A stretch of DNA of 32,000 nt, taken from the sequence record CP064816.1, one strand, 5' to 3'. Both the position numbers and the translations under genes were made by a program. Below the pieces are notes generated by a model that saw only the letters and a program-made list of their open reading frames with translations, ran no database searches and was not told the DNA's origin. How positions within the stretch are numbered: position 1 is the first letter of the stretch; each line of letters opens with the position of its first letter. Positions 1-10,587 of the stretch are shown piece after piece.

Positions 1-33
1 TATTTGATTTAGGTTCAAGTCCTAATTTAGACT
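1..33 (+). tRNA. 3' end of a tRNA cut by the window edge, identity unknown
   Basis: T-arm TTAGG-TTCAAGT-CCTAA (9-25) followed by a 7-nt acceptor 3' strand. The 5' half lies outside the window. Confidence 0.5.
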
Positions 34-87
34 TTCTTTAATTTAGTGTTTAGTATTTAGTATATATTATATATATATATATATAAT

Positions 88-173
88 GGATTGATGGCAG
101 AATTTGGTTATTGCGTAATACTTGAGATATTATTACTTTTATAGTAGTGTAGGTTCAAGTCCTACTTAATCCG
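88..173 (+). tRNA. trnS: tRNA-Ser(UGA), class II with long variable arm
   Basis: Acceptor GGATTGA/TTAATCC. Anticodon arm TAATA-CTTGAGA-TATTA. Long variable arm. T-arm GTAGG-TTCAAGT-CCTAC. Confidence 0.8.
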
Positions 174-231
174 TATATATTTTAATATATTTATAATATA
201 TATAATATATATAATATATATATATTATAAA

Positions 232-317
232 GGGAAGATTTTCAATGCTGGTAGTTGAAGCTGAACTGTAAACTCAGTGATTTTATATCCTCGTGTGTTC
301 AATTCACACTCTTCTCA
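232..317 (+). tRNA. trnY: tRNA-Tyr(GUA), long variable arm
   Basis: Acceptor GGGAAGA/TCTTCTC. Anticodon loop CTGTAAA. Long variable arm. T-arm GTGTG-TTCAATT-CACAC. Confidence 0.8.
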
Positions 318-474
318 TTAAGTTTTAGTTTTAATTATATAAATATTTTATTAATTCATTATTTATAATAATAATAATTATATTAATTATAATATAAATA
401 TAAAAATATATTGAATTAATAATTAATAATGAAAAAAGAGAGAGAGATTATAAAAAGATTAAAAGAGAGAAAAG

Positions 475-981
475 ATGTATTTTGATTTTAATATATTAGA
501 TGTAACATTATTAGGATATTATATATTAATAAGTACAACATCATTTGAATCCTTAGGTATATTAATAGGTACAATAATACCAGTAATAACAGAATTATGA
601 TTTAATAGTTCTCAATTATTTGCAATATTATATACATTAATATATGTAGGAGCTGTAGTAATATTATTTGTATTTATATTATCTGTTTTAAATAAAAAAG
701 AAGAATATGAATATCAATATAGTAGTTTATTTATAATATTATTAATATTATTTTTAGATGATTTAGATTATAATGATTCTAATGATTATAATTTAAATAC
801 AGTTAATATATTTGATAATTTTAATTTATTAAATATAAATAATAATTCTGATTTAACTACTATTGGTAATTTATTATTTACAGAATATTCATTTTTATTA
901 ATAATATTAGCTTTTACTTTATTATTAAGTATTATAGGTATTATAGTAATAATTAAAAGAAATACTAATACTATAAAATAA
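475..981 (+). CDS. nad6: NADH dehydrogenase subunit 6
   Basis: ATG 475 to TAA 979-981, 168 codons under table 4, with one in-frame TGA at 598-600. Hydrophobic product containing ...LYTLIYVGAVVILFVFIL... and the C-terminus ...LLLSIIGIIVIIK. Confidence 0.8.
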
Positions 982-1107
982 TTAAATATAAATTTATATT
1001 TAATTATATATATATATTTAATTAGGAATATATATATATAAAATTAGGAATATATAACATATATATAATATATATGATATATAATAAAAGTAAAGAAAGA
1101 AATATAA

Positions 1108-2175
1108 ATGTCAGTAATATCAATAACATTAGAAATAATAGAAAGATTAGAATATATATTTTATATATTAATATTTATATTAGGTGTATTATTAGGAGTA
1201 GCATATTTAACTGTAGCAGAACGTAAAACAATGGGATATATGCAAAGAAGATTAGGACCAAATGCAGTAGGATATTATGGAATATTAATGGCAATAGCAG
1301 ATGCTTTAAAATTATTAGTAAAAGAAATAATATTAGTACATAATGGAGAATGAATATATATGATAGGAGCACCATTAATAACATTATTTTCAGTATTATT
1401 AAGTTTAAGTATAATACCTTTTAATACAGGATTAGGAATATTAGAAGGAGAATATTCATTAATATTTTTATTAGGTACTGGATCATTAGGTATATTAGGT
1501 ACAGTAATAGCTGGATGAATGTCAAATAGTAAATATACTATATTAGCTTCAGTTAGAACAACAGCTCAATTAATAAGTTATGAATTAATATTAACAACAA
1601 TAGTATTTATATTAGTATTATTAATACATTCATTAAATATAGAAACAATAATAGATAGTCAAGTTTATATTAATTATATTATTCCTTTATTTCCTTTAGG
1701 TTTAATATATTTTATAGGTGCATTAGCAGAAAATGCTAGACCACCATTTGATAATATAGAAGCTGAATCTGAATTAGTATCAGGTCATATGACTGAATTA
1801 TCAGCATCACCATTTGTTATATTCTTTTTAAGTGAATATACATCAATGGTATTAATGTCAATGTTAATAACAATATTATTTTTTGGAGGTTATTTAGCTT
1901 GACCTTTTGATATTAATAAATTATTATTCTTAAATTTATTATCTCAAAATAATTTATATTGATTTTTAGAAGGTTTAATATTTAGTACTATATTCGCTCT
2001 TAAAACTAGTTTCTTTTTATTTACTTATATATGAGTTAGAGCATCATTTCCTAGATTAAGATTTGATTTACTAATTTTATTCTGTTGATATGTTTTATTA
2101 CCTTTATTATTCGCATTTTGTTTAGTTATCCCTTGTTTATTATATTCATTTGATTCCTTAACTTTAATCGCTTAA
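1108..2175 (+). CDS. nad1: NADH dehydrogenase subunit 1
   Basis: ORF-track pieces 1108-1353 and 1519-1902 are joined in one frame through TGA=Trp. Motifs [24 protein letters not shown] and [17 protein letters not shown] at 2173-2175, 355 codons. Confidence 0.92.
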
Positions 2176-2284
2176 TTTCTTATTTATTTATTTATTTATT
2201 ATTTTTATGTTATAACTTAATTTATCTTTAATTAATTTTATATAATAATAATAATAATAATAATAATTATAATAATAATAATAA

Positions 2285-2390
2285 TAATTATTATAATACT
2301 AATAATATTTATATATCGATATAATTATAATACTAATAATATTTATATATTGATATAATTATTATAATAATATTTATAGATAGATATAGA
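2285..2390. repeat. About 34-bp degenerate tandem repeat, about 3 copies
   Basis: ATAATTATAATACTAATAATATTTATATAT(C/T)GAT is repeated, and the third copy is diverged. Confidence 0.6.
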
Positions 2391-2465
2391 TATAATAATA
2401 ATAATAATAATATTAATAATATTTATATATTTATATTTATATAATAATAATTATAAAGAGAGAGG

Positions 2466-2536
2466 GGGGTTATAGTTTAATGGTAGAACAATTGCTTTGC
2501 AAGCAATTAGTTTAGGTTCAAGTCCTGATAACTCCA
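2466..2536 (+). tRNA. trnA: tRNA-Ala(UGC)
   Basis: Acceptor GGGGTTA/TAACTCC includes the G3:U70 Ala identity pair. Anticodon arm ATTGC-TTTGCAA-GCAAT. Confidence 0.88.
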
Positions 2537-2545
2537 TATAAAGAG

Positions 2546-2619
2546 GGTTCTGTAGCTTAATTGGTTTAAGTATCATTTTGTCACAATGAAGGTTATCTGT
2601 TCGAATCAGGTCAGAATCG
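2546..2619 (+). tRNA. trnD: tRNA-Asp(GUC)
   Basis: Acceptor GGTTCTG/CAGAATC. Anticodon arm TCATT-TTGTCAC-AATGA. T-arm ATCTG-TTCGAAT-CAGGT. Confidence 0.88.
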
Positions 2620-2632
2620 TAATATTTATTAA

Positions 2633-2713
2633 GGAAATTTAATCATTGGTAAGATATGTTATTTGCTATATAATTGAAGAAATTCTGTGTAGGTTCAATT
2701 CCTACAATTTCCG
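2633..2713 (+). tRNA. trnS: tRNA-Ser(GCU), class II
   Basis: Acceptor GGAAATT/AATTTCC. Anticodon arm GTTAT-TTGCTAT-ATAAT. 13-nt variable arm. T-arm GTAGG-TTCAATT-CCTAC. Confidence 0.8.
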
Positions 2714-2720
2714 TATATTA

Positions 2721-2774
2721 TTTATATTTATATTTATATTTATATTTATATTTATATTTATATTTATCTTTATC
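2721..2774. repeat. Hexamer microsatellite: 7 copies of TTTATA then 2 copies of TTTATC
   Basis: Counted directly. The last units run into the 5' acceptor strand of trnR(ACG). Confidence 0.9.
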
Positions 2775-2841
2775 TTTAATTTAATAGGTAAAATATTAAA
2801 ATACGAATTTAAATATATTGGTTCAATTCCAATAAGATAAT
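2770..2841 (+). tRNA. trnR: tRNA-Arg(ACG)
   Basis: Perfect 7-bp acceptor TTATCTT/AAGATAA. D-arm ATTT/AAAT. Anticodon arm TTAAA-ATACGAA-TTTAA. T-arm ATTGG-TTCAATT-CCAAT. CGT codons are used in nad1, cox1 and cox2. Confidence 0.75.
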
Positions 2842-2899
2842 TTATTATATATGAATATTAATAAGAATTATTTATTTTAATTATATATAAATATGAATT

Positions 2900-2974
2900 A
2901 TGATTATGACGAAATAGGTAAACGTGGTTAGTTTAGGACTAATTTATATATCGGTTCAAATCCGATTAATCATA
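2900..2974 (+). tRNA. tRNA with anticodon UAG (reads CUN), class I shape with no long variable arm; presumably Leu
   Basis: Acceptor ATGATTA/TAATCAT, A73. Anticodon arm GTTAG-TTTAGGA-CTAAT with U33 and G37. 6-nt variable region. T-arm ATCGG-TTCAAAT-CCGAT. Confidence 0.7.
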
Positions 2975-3127
2975 AAATAATAAAGAATAAAATTTGTAAA
3001 AAGGATAATTATAATATAATTTAATATAAATAAATAAATAAAGATTTAATATTATAACAAATATATTATAAATAATAAAATATAATAATTATAATAATTA
3101 TTATATATATAAAAGAAATAAGAATAA

Positions 3128-4576
3128 ATGATAAATTTAATATATTTAAATTTTTATGGATTAATAGGTTTAATAAGTTTATGTAGAAATAAATTAATAT
3201 CAATAAGACAAAATAAAAATATAATAGGAAAAGGTGTATTAATAATATGTATAATAAGTTTATATATAGTAATAAATGAATTAAAAGAAATAAATATAAA
3301 TGATTATGGTTATTTAAGAGTATGTAATATATTAAATATTAATTTTGGTTATGATGGAATAGGATTAATATTTTTAATATTAACAATATATTTAGGAATA
3401 ATAAGTATAATATCTAATTGAGAAAATATAGTAGAAAAAAAAGAAGTATATATGATATTATTAATGTCATTAATTATATTAATGGGATTAAATTTTATAT
3501 GTTTAGATTTAATAAGTTTTTATATCTTATTTGAAAGTACATTAATACCATTATATTTAATGATAGGTATATATGGAGGATCAAATAAAAATAAAGCAGC
3601 TTATTATGTATTAATATATACTTTATGTAGTTCTTTATTTATGTTATTATCAATAGTTATGATATATATATTATATAATAATGTTGATTTTATTACTATT
3701 AATAGTAAAATTATATCTATGGAATTACAAAGTGTATTATTAATAGGTTTAATGATAGGTTTAGGTGTTAAAACTCCTTTAGTACCTATACATACATGAT
3801 TACCAACAGTTCATTCTGAATCACCTTTAGGAGGTTCAATATTATTAGCAGGTATAATATTAAAATTAGCTATATATGGAATAATAAGAATATTATTATC
3901 AAATATATCAGAAATATCATTATTATATGCACCAATATTATATGTAATAGGAATAATAACAATAATATATAGTAGTTTAGTTACTTTAAGTCAAACAGAT
4001 TTAAAAGTAATTATAGCTTATAGTTCAATTAGTCATTTAGGAGTATGTATATTAGGTATATTTTCTAATAATTTATTAGGTATAGTTGGATCATTATTAT
4101 TATGTTTAGCTCATGGTTTAGTATCACCAGCTTTATTTATATTAATGGGAGGTGTATTATATGATAGATATCATAATAGAGTATTATTTTATTATCAAGG
4201 TTTAACTCAATTTATGCCAATATTTGCTATATATTTAGTATTCTTTAGTTTTTGTAATACTGGTACACCTTTAAGTTTTAATTTTATTGGTGAATTCTTA
4301 TGTATTTCAGGTGCTATTATTAAACATCCAATAATTGGAGTATTTACAGCTGCTTCTGTATTATTATCTGCATGTTATCAATTTAAATTAACTAATAAAT
4401 TAACTTCCGGGACATTCTCTAAATATTTACATGTAACTTATGATTTATTATATAGAGAACATTTTATTTTATTATTTTTAGCTATACCTACATTAATTTT
4501 AGGTATAGTTCCTAATTTTATAAGTAATATTTTATACTTATCATCTAATGCTTTAATTTATTCAATTATTGTTTAA
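3128..4576 (+). CDS. nad4: NADH dehydrogenase subunit 4
   Basis: ORF-track pieces 3128-3421, 3452-3799 and 4145-4576 share one frame and are joined by TGA codons. Motif VKTPLVPIHTWLPTVHSESPLGGSILLAGIILKL. 482 codons plus TAA. Confidence 0.92.
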
Positions 4577-4661
4577 ATTAATTAATTATATTTTATATTT
4601 TAATTAAATTATTTAAAGTTTAATTAATTATATAATAATAATAATAATATTAGTATTATTA

Positions 4662-4733
4662 ATGTTTAGTGTTAATGGTTAACATATTAATTGCAAATTA
4701 ATTTTCTGTGAGTTCGATTCTCATCTAAACATT
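4662..4733 (+). tRNA. trnC: tRNA-Cys(GCA), atypical junctions
   Basis: Anticodon arm ATTAA-TTGCAAA-TTAAT. T-arm GTGAG-TTCGATT-CTCAT. The 5' and 3' ends can form a continuous 9-bp helix (4661-4669 with 4725-4733), so the exact ends and connector lengths are ambiguous by about 2 nt. Confidence 0.7.
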
Positions 4734-4749
4734 ATTTAACTATATTTAT

Positions 4750-4833
4750 GTCATTGTGGTGGAATTGGTAGTCACAATACACTTAAAATGTATTGCTTTT
4801 ATTAGCGTATAAGTTCAAGTCTTATCAATGACA
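4750..4833 (+). tRNA. trnL: tRNA-Leu(UAA), class II
   Basis: Acceptor GTCATTG/CAATGAC, A73. Anticodon arm ATACA-CTTAAAA-TGTAT. About 14-nt variable arm. Confidence 0.88.
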
Positions 4834-4834
4834 T

Positions 4835-4890
4835 TTATTTACCCCTATTTCTTATTTACCCTTATCTCTTATTTACCCTTATCTCTTATT
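4835..4890. repeat. 16-17 bp tandem repeat, about 4 copies (TTATTTACCCTTATCTC)
   Basis: Read directly. It starts right after trnL(UAA). Confidence 0.85.
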
Positions 4891-5040
4891 TACCCTTATT
4901 ATTAATTTAAATAAAATTAATAAATGGAATATATTTAATCTAATATATACTATATAATAATATAATAATATATATAGTATATTCCTTTCTTGAGGAAATA
5001 CTTATCAATTTATAAAATGTATATTCTTATTAAAATGAAT

Positions 5041-5165
5041 CTTGATATTATCTTTGATAGGTCCACATTAATGTAATAAATCTCGATATTATCTTTGATA
5101 GGTCCATATTAATGTAATGAATAGTAGATATTATCTTTTATAGAAAGGGTCACTAATTCATTTTA
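5041..5165. repeat. About 41-bp tandem repeat: 2 good copies plus 1 degenerate copy
   Basis: CTTGATATTATCTTTGATAGGTCCA(C/T)ATTAATGTAAT(A/G)AAT occurs twice, followed by a diverged third unit. Confidence 0.75.
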
Positions 5166-5252
5166 TTAATGAATCATAGATAAATTTATTTTATTAATGA
5201 ATCATAGATAAATTCATTTTATTAATGAATCATAGATAATTTATTTTATTAA
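5158..5252. repeat. 27-28 bp tandem repeat, 4 copies; the last copy merges into the 5' end of trnQ
   Basis: TTATTAATGAATCATAGATAA starts at 5163, 5191 and 5219. The fourth copy at 5246 reads TTATTAATGAATCGTAGACTA, which is the real trnQ start. Confidence 0.85.
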
Positions 5253-5325
5253 TGAATCGTAGACTAATAGGTAAGTCACTTGTATTTGGGACAAGTTTAT
5301 AATAGTTCGAATCTATTCGATTCAA
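5253..5325 (+). tRNA. trnQ: tRNA-Gln(UUG)
   Basis: Acceptor TGAATCG/CGATTCA. D-arm GACT/AGTC. Anticodon arm CTTGT-ATTTGGG-ACAAG. T-arm AATAG-TTCGAAT-CTATT. Confidence 0.88.
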
Positions 5326-5357
5326 TAATAATATATATATTAATATTAATAAATAAG

Positions 5358-5430
5358 GGGAAAGTAGTTTAAATGGTAAAACGTTTGACTTTTAATCAAT
5401 TTATATTCGGTTCAAGTCCGATCTTTCCTA
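5358..5430 (+). tRNA. trnK: tRNA-Lys(UUU)
   Basis: Acceptor GGGAAAG/CTTTCCT. Anticodon loop CTTTTAA. T-loop TTCAAGT. Confidence 0.85.
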
Positions 5431-5440
5431 TTAATATATA

Positions 5441-5482
5441 AATATAAATATAAATATAAATATAAATATAAATATAAATATA
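5441..5482. repeat. (AATATA)x7 microsatellite
   Basis: Counted directly. Confidence 0.9.
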
Positions 5483-5491
5483 TATATATAT

Positions 5492-5565
5492 GGTAAATAT
5501 AATTTAAAAGGTTAAAATGAATACTTGTGGCGTATTTTATCTGAGTTCAATTCTCAGTGTTTACC
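5492..5565 (+). tRNA. trnH: tRNA-His(GUG) with genome-encoded G-1
   Basis: G-1 (5492) lies opposite C73 (5565). Acceptor GTAAATA/TGTTTAC. Anticodon arm AATAC-TTGTGGC-GTATT. Confidence 0.88.
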
Positions 5566-5608
5566 CTAATAAATAAATAAATAATTAATTAATTAATTAA
5601 TTAATAAT

Positions 5609-5682
5609 GTTAATATAGTTTAATTGGTTAAAACGATTGTCTCATATGCAGTAGATGTTAAGTTCAAGTCTTGCTATTAATA
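5609..5682 (+). tRNA. trnM: tRNA(CAU): elongator Met, or Ile after lysidine modification
   Basis: Acceptor GTTAATA/TATTAAT. Anticodon arm ATTGT-CTCATAT-GCAGT. Confidence 0.75.
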
Positions 5683-5783
5683 TAAATAAAATAAAATAAT
5701 AAATAAGAAATATAACAATTTGTGTAAATATAATATAATATAATTATATTAAAATGATAAAAGAGAGTATAATAGAATAATAA

Positions 5784-7787
<2,004 letters not shown>

Positions 7788-8244
7788 ATAAATTAATTTA
7801 TTTATTATTAATATAATTAATTTATTTATTTATTTATTTATTAATTATAATTTAAATAATCTTATAATCTTATAATTAATCTTTATTATTAATATTAATT
7901 AATTAATTTAATTAAATATTAAATATTATATAATAATAATAATAATAATTTATAATTTATAATTTATTATTTATAATTTATATTTTATATTTATATTTAT
8001 AAAATAATGGAAAATCATAAAAAAGAGGATTATATATATTATAAGGAAGAGAGGTATATATAATTAATAATAAAGGTGGATAAATATATAAGAAATATAT
8101 ATAAATACTAGATGGAGAGTTAATATAGATAAATATAAGTTAATATAAATAAATAAATTAAGGTTAATAAATATATATATAATATGTGAAATAAAAGTTA
8201 TATATATATATAATATAAGATATAAGATAATAGATAATAGATAT

Positions 8245-8314
8245 AAAAAGGGTATATAAAAAGGATATATAAAAAGGATATATAAAAAGGATATATAAAA
8301 AGGGTATATAAAAG
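8245..8314. repeat. 14-bp tandem repeat, 5 copies: AAAAAGG(G/A)TATATA
   Basis: Counted directly. It lies upstream of trnP. Confidence 0.9.
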
Positions 8315-8350
8315 AGATAATATAAGGATAATAATAAAGGTAAATAAAAG

Positions 8351-8422
8351 CAGATAGAGACCGAATGGTTAGGTGCTTCTTTTGGGTAGAAGAATTAGTT
8401 AGTTCAATTCTAGCCTATCTGA
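8351..8422 (+). tRNA. trnP: tRNA-Pro(UGG)
   Basis: Acceptor CAGATAG/CTATCTG. Anticodon arm CTTCT-TTTGGGT-AGAAG. T-arm GTTAG-TTCAATT-CTAGC. Confidence 0.88.
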
Positions 8423-8435
8423 AATAAAATATAAA

Positions 8436-8508
8436 GCTCTTTTAGTTTAATAGGTTAAAACATATTACTTCTAATAATATAATTAACGTTCAATTCGTTA
8501 AAGGAGTG
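8436..8508 (+). tRNA. trnR: tRNA-Arg(UCU)
   Basis: Acceptor GCTCTTT/AAGGAGT. D-arm GTTT/AAAC. Anticodon arm TATTA-CTTCTAA-TAATA. T-arm TAACG-TTCAATT-CGTTA. Confidence 0.85.
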
Positions 8509-8588
8509 AAGATATAGAATAAAATAAGGAGTGAAGATATTGAATAAAATAAAGAAGATATTGAATAAAATAAAGAGTGAAGATAAAG
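8501..8588. repeat. About 25-bp tandem repeat, about 3.5 copies; the first copy starts in the trnR(UCU) 3' acceptor strand
   Basis: AAGGAGTGAAGATAT(A/T)GAATAAAAT at 8501 and 8526, then shortened copies at 8551 and 8572. Confidence 0.85.
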
Positions 8589-8622
8589 ATTATATAATAA
8601 TATAATATAATATAAAATATAT

Positions 8623-8693
8623 AGGAATTTAGTTAAATGGTATAACATCAGATCTACACTCTTAAATTAATGGTTCAATTCCATTAGTTCCTA
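8623..8693 (+). tRNA. trnV: tRNA-Val(UAC), with C at position 33
   Basis: Acceptor AGGAATT/AGTTCCT. D-arm GTTA/TAAC. Anticodon arm TCAGA-TCTACAC-TCTTA with one C-U mismatch. T-arm AATGG-TTCAATT-CCATT. Confidence 0.8.
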
Positions 8694-8728
8694 TATAAAG
8701 AAATAAAAATAAAGAATTTAATAAAAGA

Positions 8729-10252
8729 AAGAGTATGATGTCGGCTCAGATTAAACGTTATCTAAGGACATGATACATGCAAATCGAACGATTATGATAT
8801 AAAATTATGAAATATAATAAATATATAATAATAGTGGTGTAAAGGTGAGTAATATATTGAAATATGAACTATAGAGGAATTAGAAATAAATTTAAAAGGA
8901 TATATATATATAGAAATATATAAATATAAGAATAAATTATATTAAATAAGAAGAATATAAGATTATAGTCAAGTCAATAATAGAATAGGTAGTAGGAATA
9001 TTAAGAGATAAACCTAGCCGAAGATCTATAATTAATAATGAAAGTTATAATAATCACATTGATTAAGAAAAAGATCAATATAAAAGATGTAATATATGAG
9101 AGAATATATTATATATAATACAGCAGTAAGGGATATTAGACAATGATCGAAAGATTGATCTAGTTACTTAGAAAGATGAAAATTATAAATAAAAAGAAGA
9201 AGAATAAGAATGAAGAATATAAAATCAATATATATTATAAAATAAATAATGATAATATAGTATATAGAAGTCTTAACAAAAATTAGTGCCAGCAGTTGCG
9301 GCTAAACTAAGGAGGCAAACGTTAATCATTAAAGGCTTAAAGGATCCGTAGAACGAATAAAAAAGAATAGAGTTAAATAAGAAAAATAATGAATAATAAT
9401 TATGAGAGATGAAATGTAATGATAATTATTAGACAATCAATAGTGAAGATAGAATTTAATATTTAACTGACGTTGAGGGATGAAGGCATGAGTAATAAAC
9501 CGGATTAGATACCCGAGTAATTCATGCAGTAAACGATGAATACTAAAAAAATAAGCGAAGGCTAAAGTATTCCGCCAGGTGAGTATATTCGCAAGGATGA
9601 AATCCAAGACAATAGACGGTTACAGGTGTAGGCAGTGGATTGTGTTTTTTAATTCGATAATCCTCGATAAATCTTACCATTATTTGAATAATATATATAT
9701 ATATATTACAAATGTTACATCGTTGTTTAAAGTCTGTGCTTTAAGGTTATGATTAATTTCATAAACAGACGAAATTCCATAATTATAATAAAGAATATAA
9801 ATATATATCTTTTTATTTAAGAAAAGAGATATTATAATGGAACTACAACAAATCCTGATGACTTAAATATAATGGGCTAAAGACGCAATACAAAATATTT
9901 AAATAAAATTAAATAAAATAATTAAAATAATTAATATTTAATAAATAATAAAAATAAATATATAAAATATATTTTAATAAATATATGTAATATGAATTAA
10001 TATCTGAAATTCGATATTATGAAAAAGGAATTGCTAGTAATCATAATTCATTAAATTATGGTGAAATTCATCCCTGTTTCGTACTAATTACTCATCATTC
10101 GCTGGAATGTGCTCTAATTAAAAAATATAATATTATTTTAATAATAATAATTATATTATAATTCATTATTTTAATATTATATTATCAATTAGTAACTAAC
10201 CAGTGAGAAGTTGAAATACAGTTATCGTTGAGGAATCAGCGGTGGGTTGTTA
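8729..10252 (+). rRNA. rns: Small subunit ribosomal RNA
   Basis: The 5' end AGAGTATGATGTCGGCTCAGATTAAACG matches the universal AGAGTTTGATCCTGGCTCAG region. GTGCCAGCAGTTGCGGCTAA at 9286. GGATTAGATACCC at 9502. GAATTGCTAGTAATC near 10028. The 3' end ...GTTATCGTTGAGGAATCAGCGGTGGGTTG lies near 10250. Ends are approximate. Confidence 0.9.
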
Positions 10253-10352
10253 AATTAACTTATAATGTCATATTATTCTATTTAATTAATTATTTATTTA
10301 TATATTTTTAATAAAATTATATAAATAAAATTATATATATAAAATTATATAA

Positions 10353-10515
10353 ATAAGATTATAAAATATAAGATTATATAATAAAATATAAGATTATATA
10401 TAAATATAAGATTATAAAATATAAGATTATATAAATAAGATTATATATAAATATAAGATTATATATAAATATAAGATTATATATAAATAAGATTATATAT
10501 AAATAAGATTATATA
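10353..10515. repeat. Dispersed-tandem array of ATAAGATTATA(TA), 10 copies spaced 14-20 bp apart
   Basis: AAGATT cores at 10355, 10370, 10390, 10408, 10423, 10437, 10455, 10473, 10489 and 10505. Confidence 0.85.
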
Positions 10516-10516
10516 A

Positions 10517-10587
10517 AGGTCCGTAGTTTAACGGTAAAACAATAGCCTTCAAAGCTAGATTTAAGAGTTCAAATCTTTTTAGACCTG
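10517..10587 (+). tRNA. trnW: tRNA-Trp(UCA)
   Basis: Anticodon loop CTTCAAA. D-arm GTTT/AAAC. T-arm AAGAG-TTCAAAT-CTTTT. A UCA anticodon reads both UGA and UGG, consistent with table 4. Confidence 0.85.

Noticed and set aside
2646-2840. A 64-aa plus-strand ORF.
   Set aside because: It runs through trnS(GCU), the TTTATA microsatellite (which yields the FIFIFI... string) and trnR(ACG), so it is not coding.
1108-4576. Apparent fragmentation of nad1, nad4, nad2, nad3, atp6, cox1 and rps3 into several short ORFs, suggesting pseudogenes.
   Set aside because: This is an artefact of treating TGA as a stop. The pieces are co-linear in one frame, TGA falls at conserved Trp positions (for example GTGWTV and HTWLP), and a tRNA-Trp(UCA) is present. 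Only cox2 has a real frame break.
8133-8141. ATATAAGTT, which resembles the S. cerevisiae mitochondrial promoter nonanucleotide ATATAAGTA.
   Set aside because: It is a single imperfect match with no recurrence upstream of other genes, and such a string is expected by chance at this base composition.
7990-8340. A possible reduced RNase P RNA gene (rnpB) in the 560-bp spacer upstream of trnP. In S. cerevisiae RPM1 lies just upstream of trnP. GGAAAATCAT at about 8010 resembles the CR-I box GGAAAGUCAU.
   Set aside because: I could not find a CR-V-like ACAGAA...GCUUA partner, or any sequence able to form P4 with the candidate CR-I. One near-match in AT-rich DNA is not evidence. A covariance-model search with RNAweasel or Rfam would settle it.
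10353-10515. Regularly spaced short repeats here and at 8245-8314, 22822-22948 and 24064-24125, considered as possible CRISPR-like arrays.
   Set aside because: The units are 13-34 bp AT-rich tandem or near-tandem repeats without unique spacers, in an organellar context. They are ordinary mitochondrial minisatellites.
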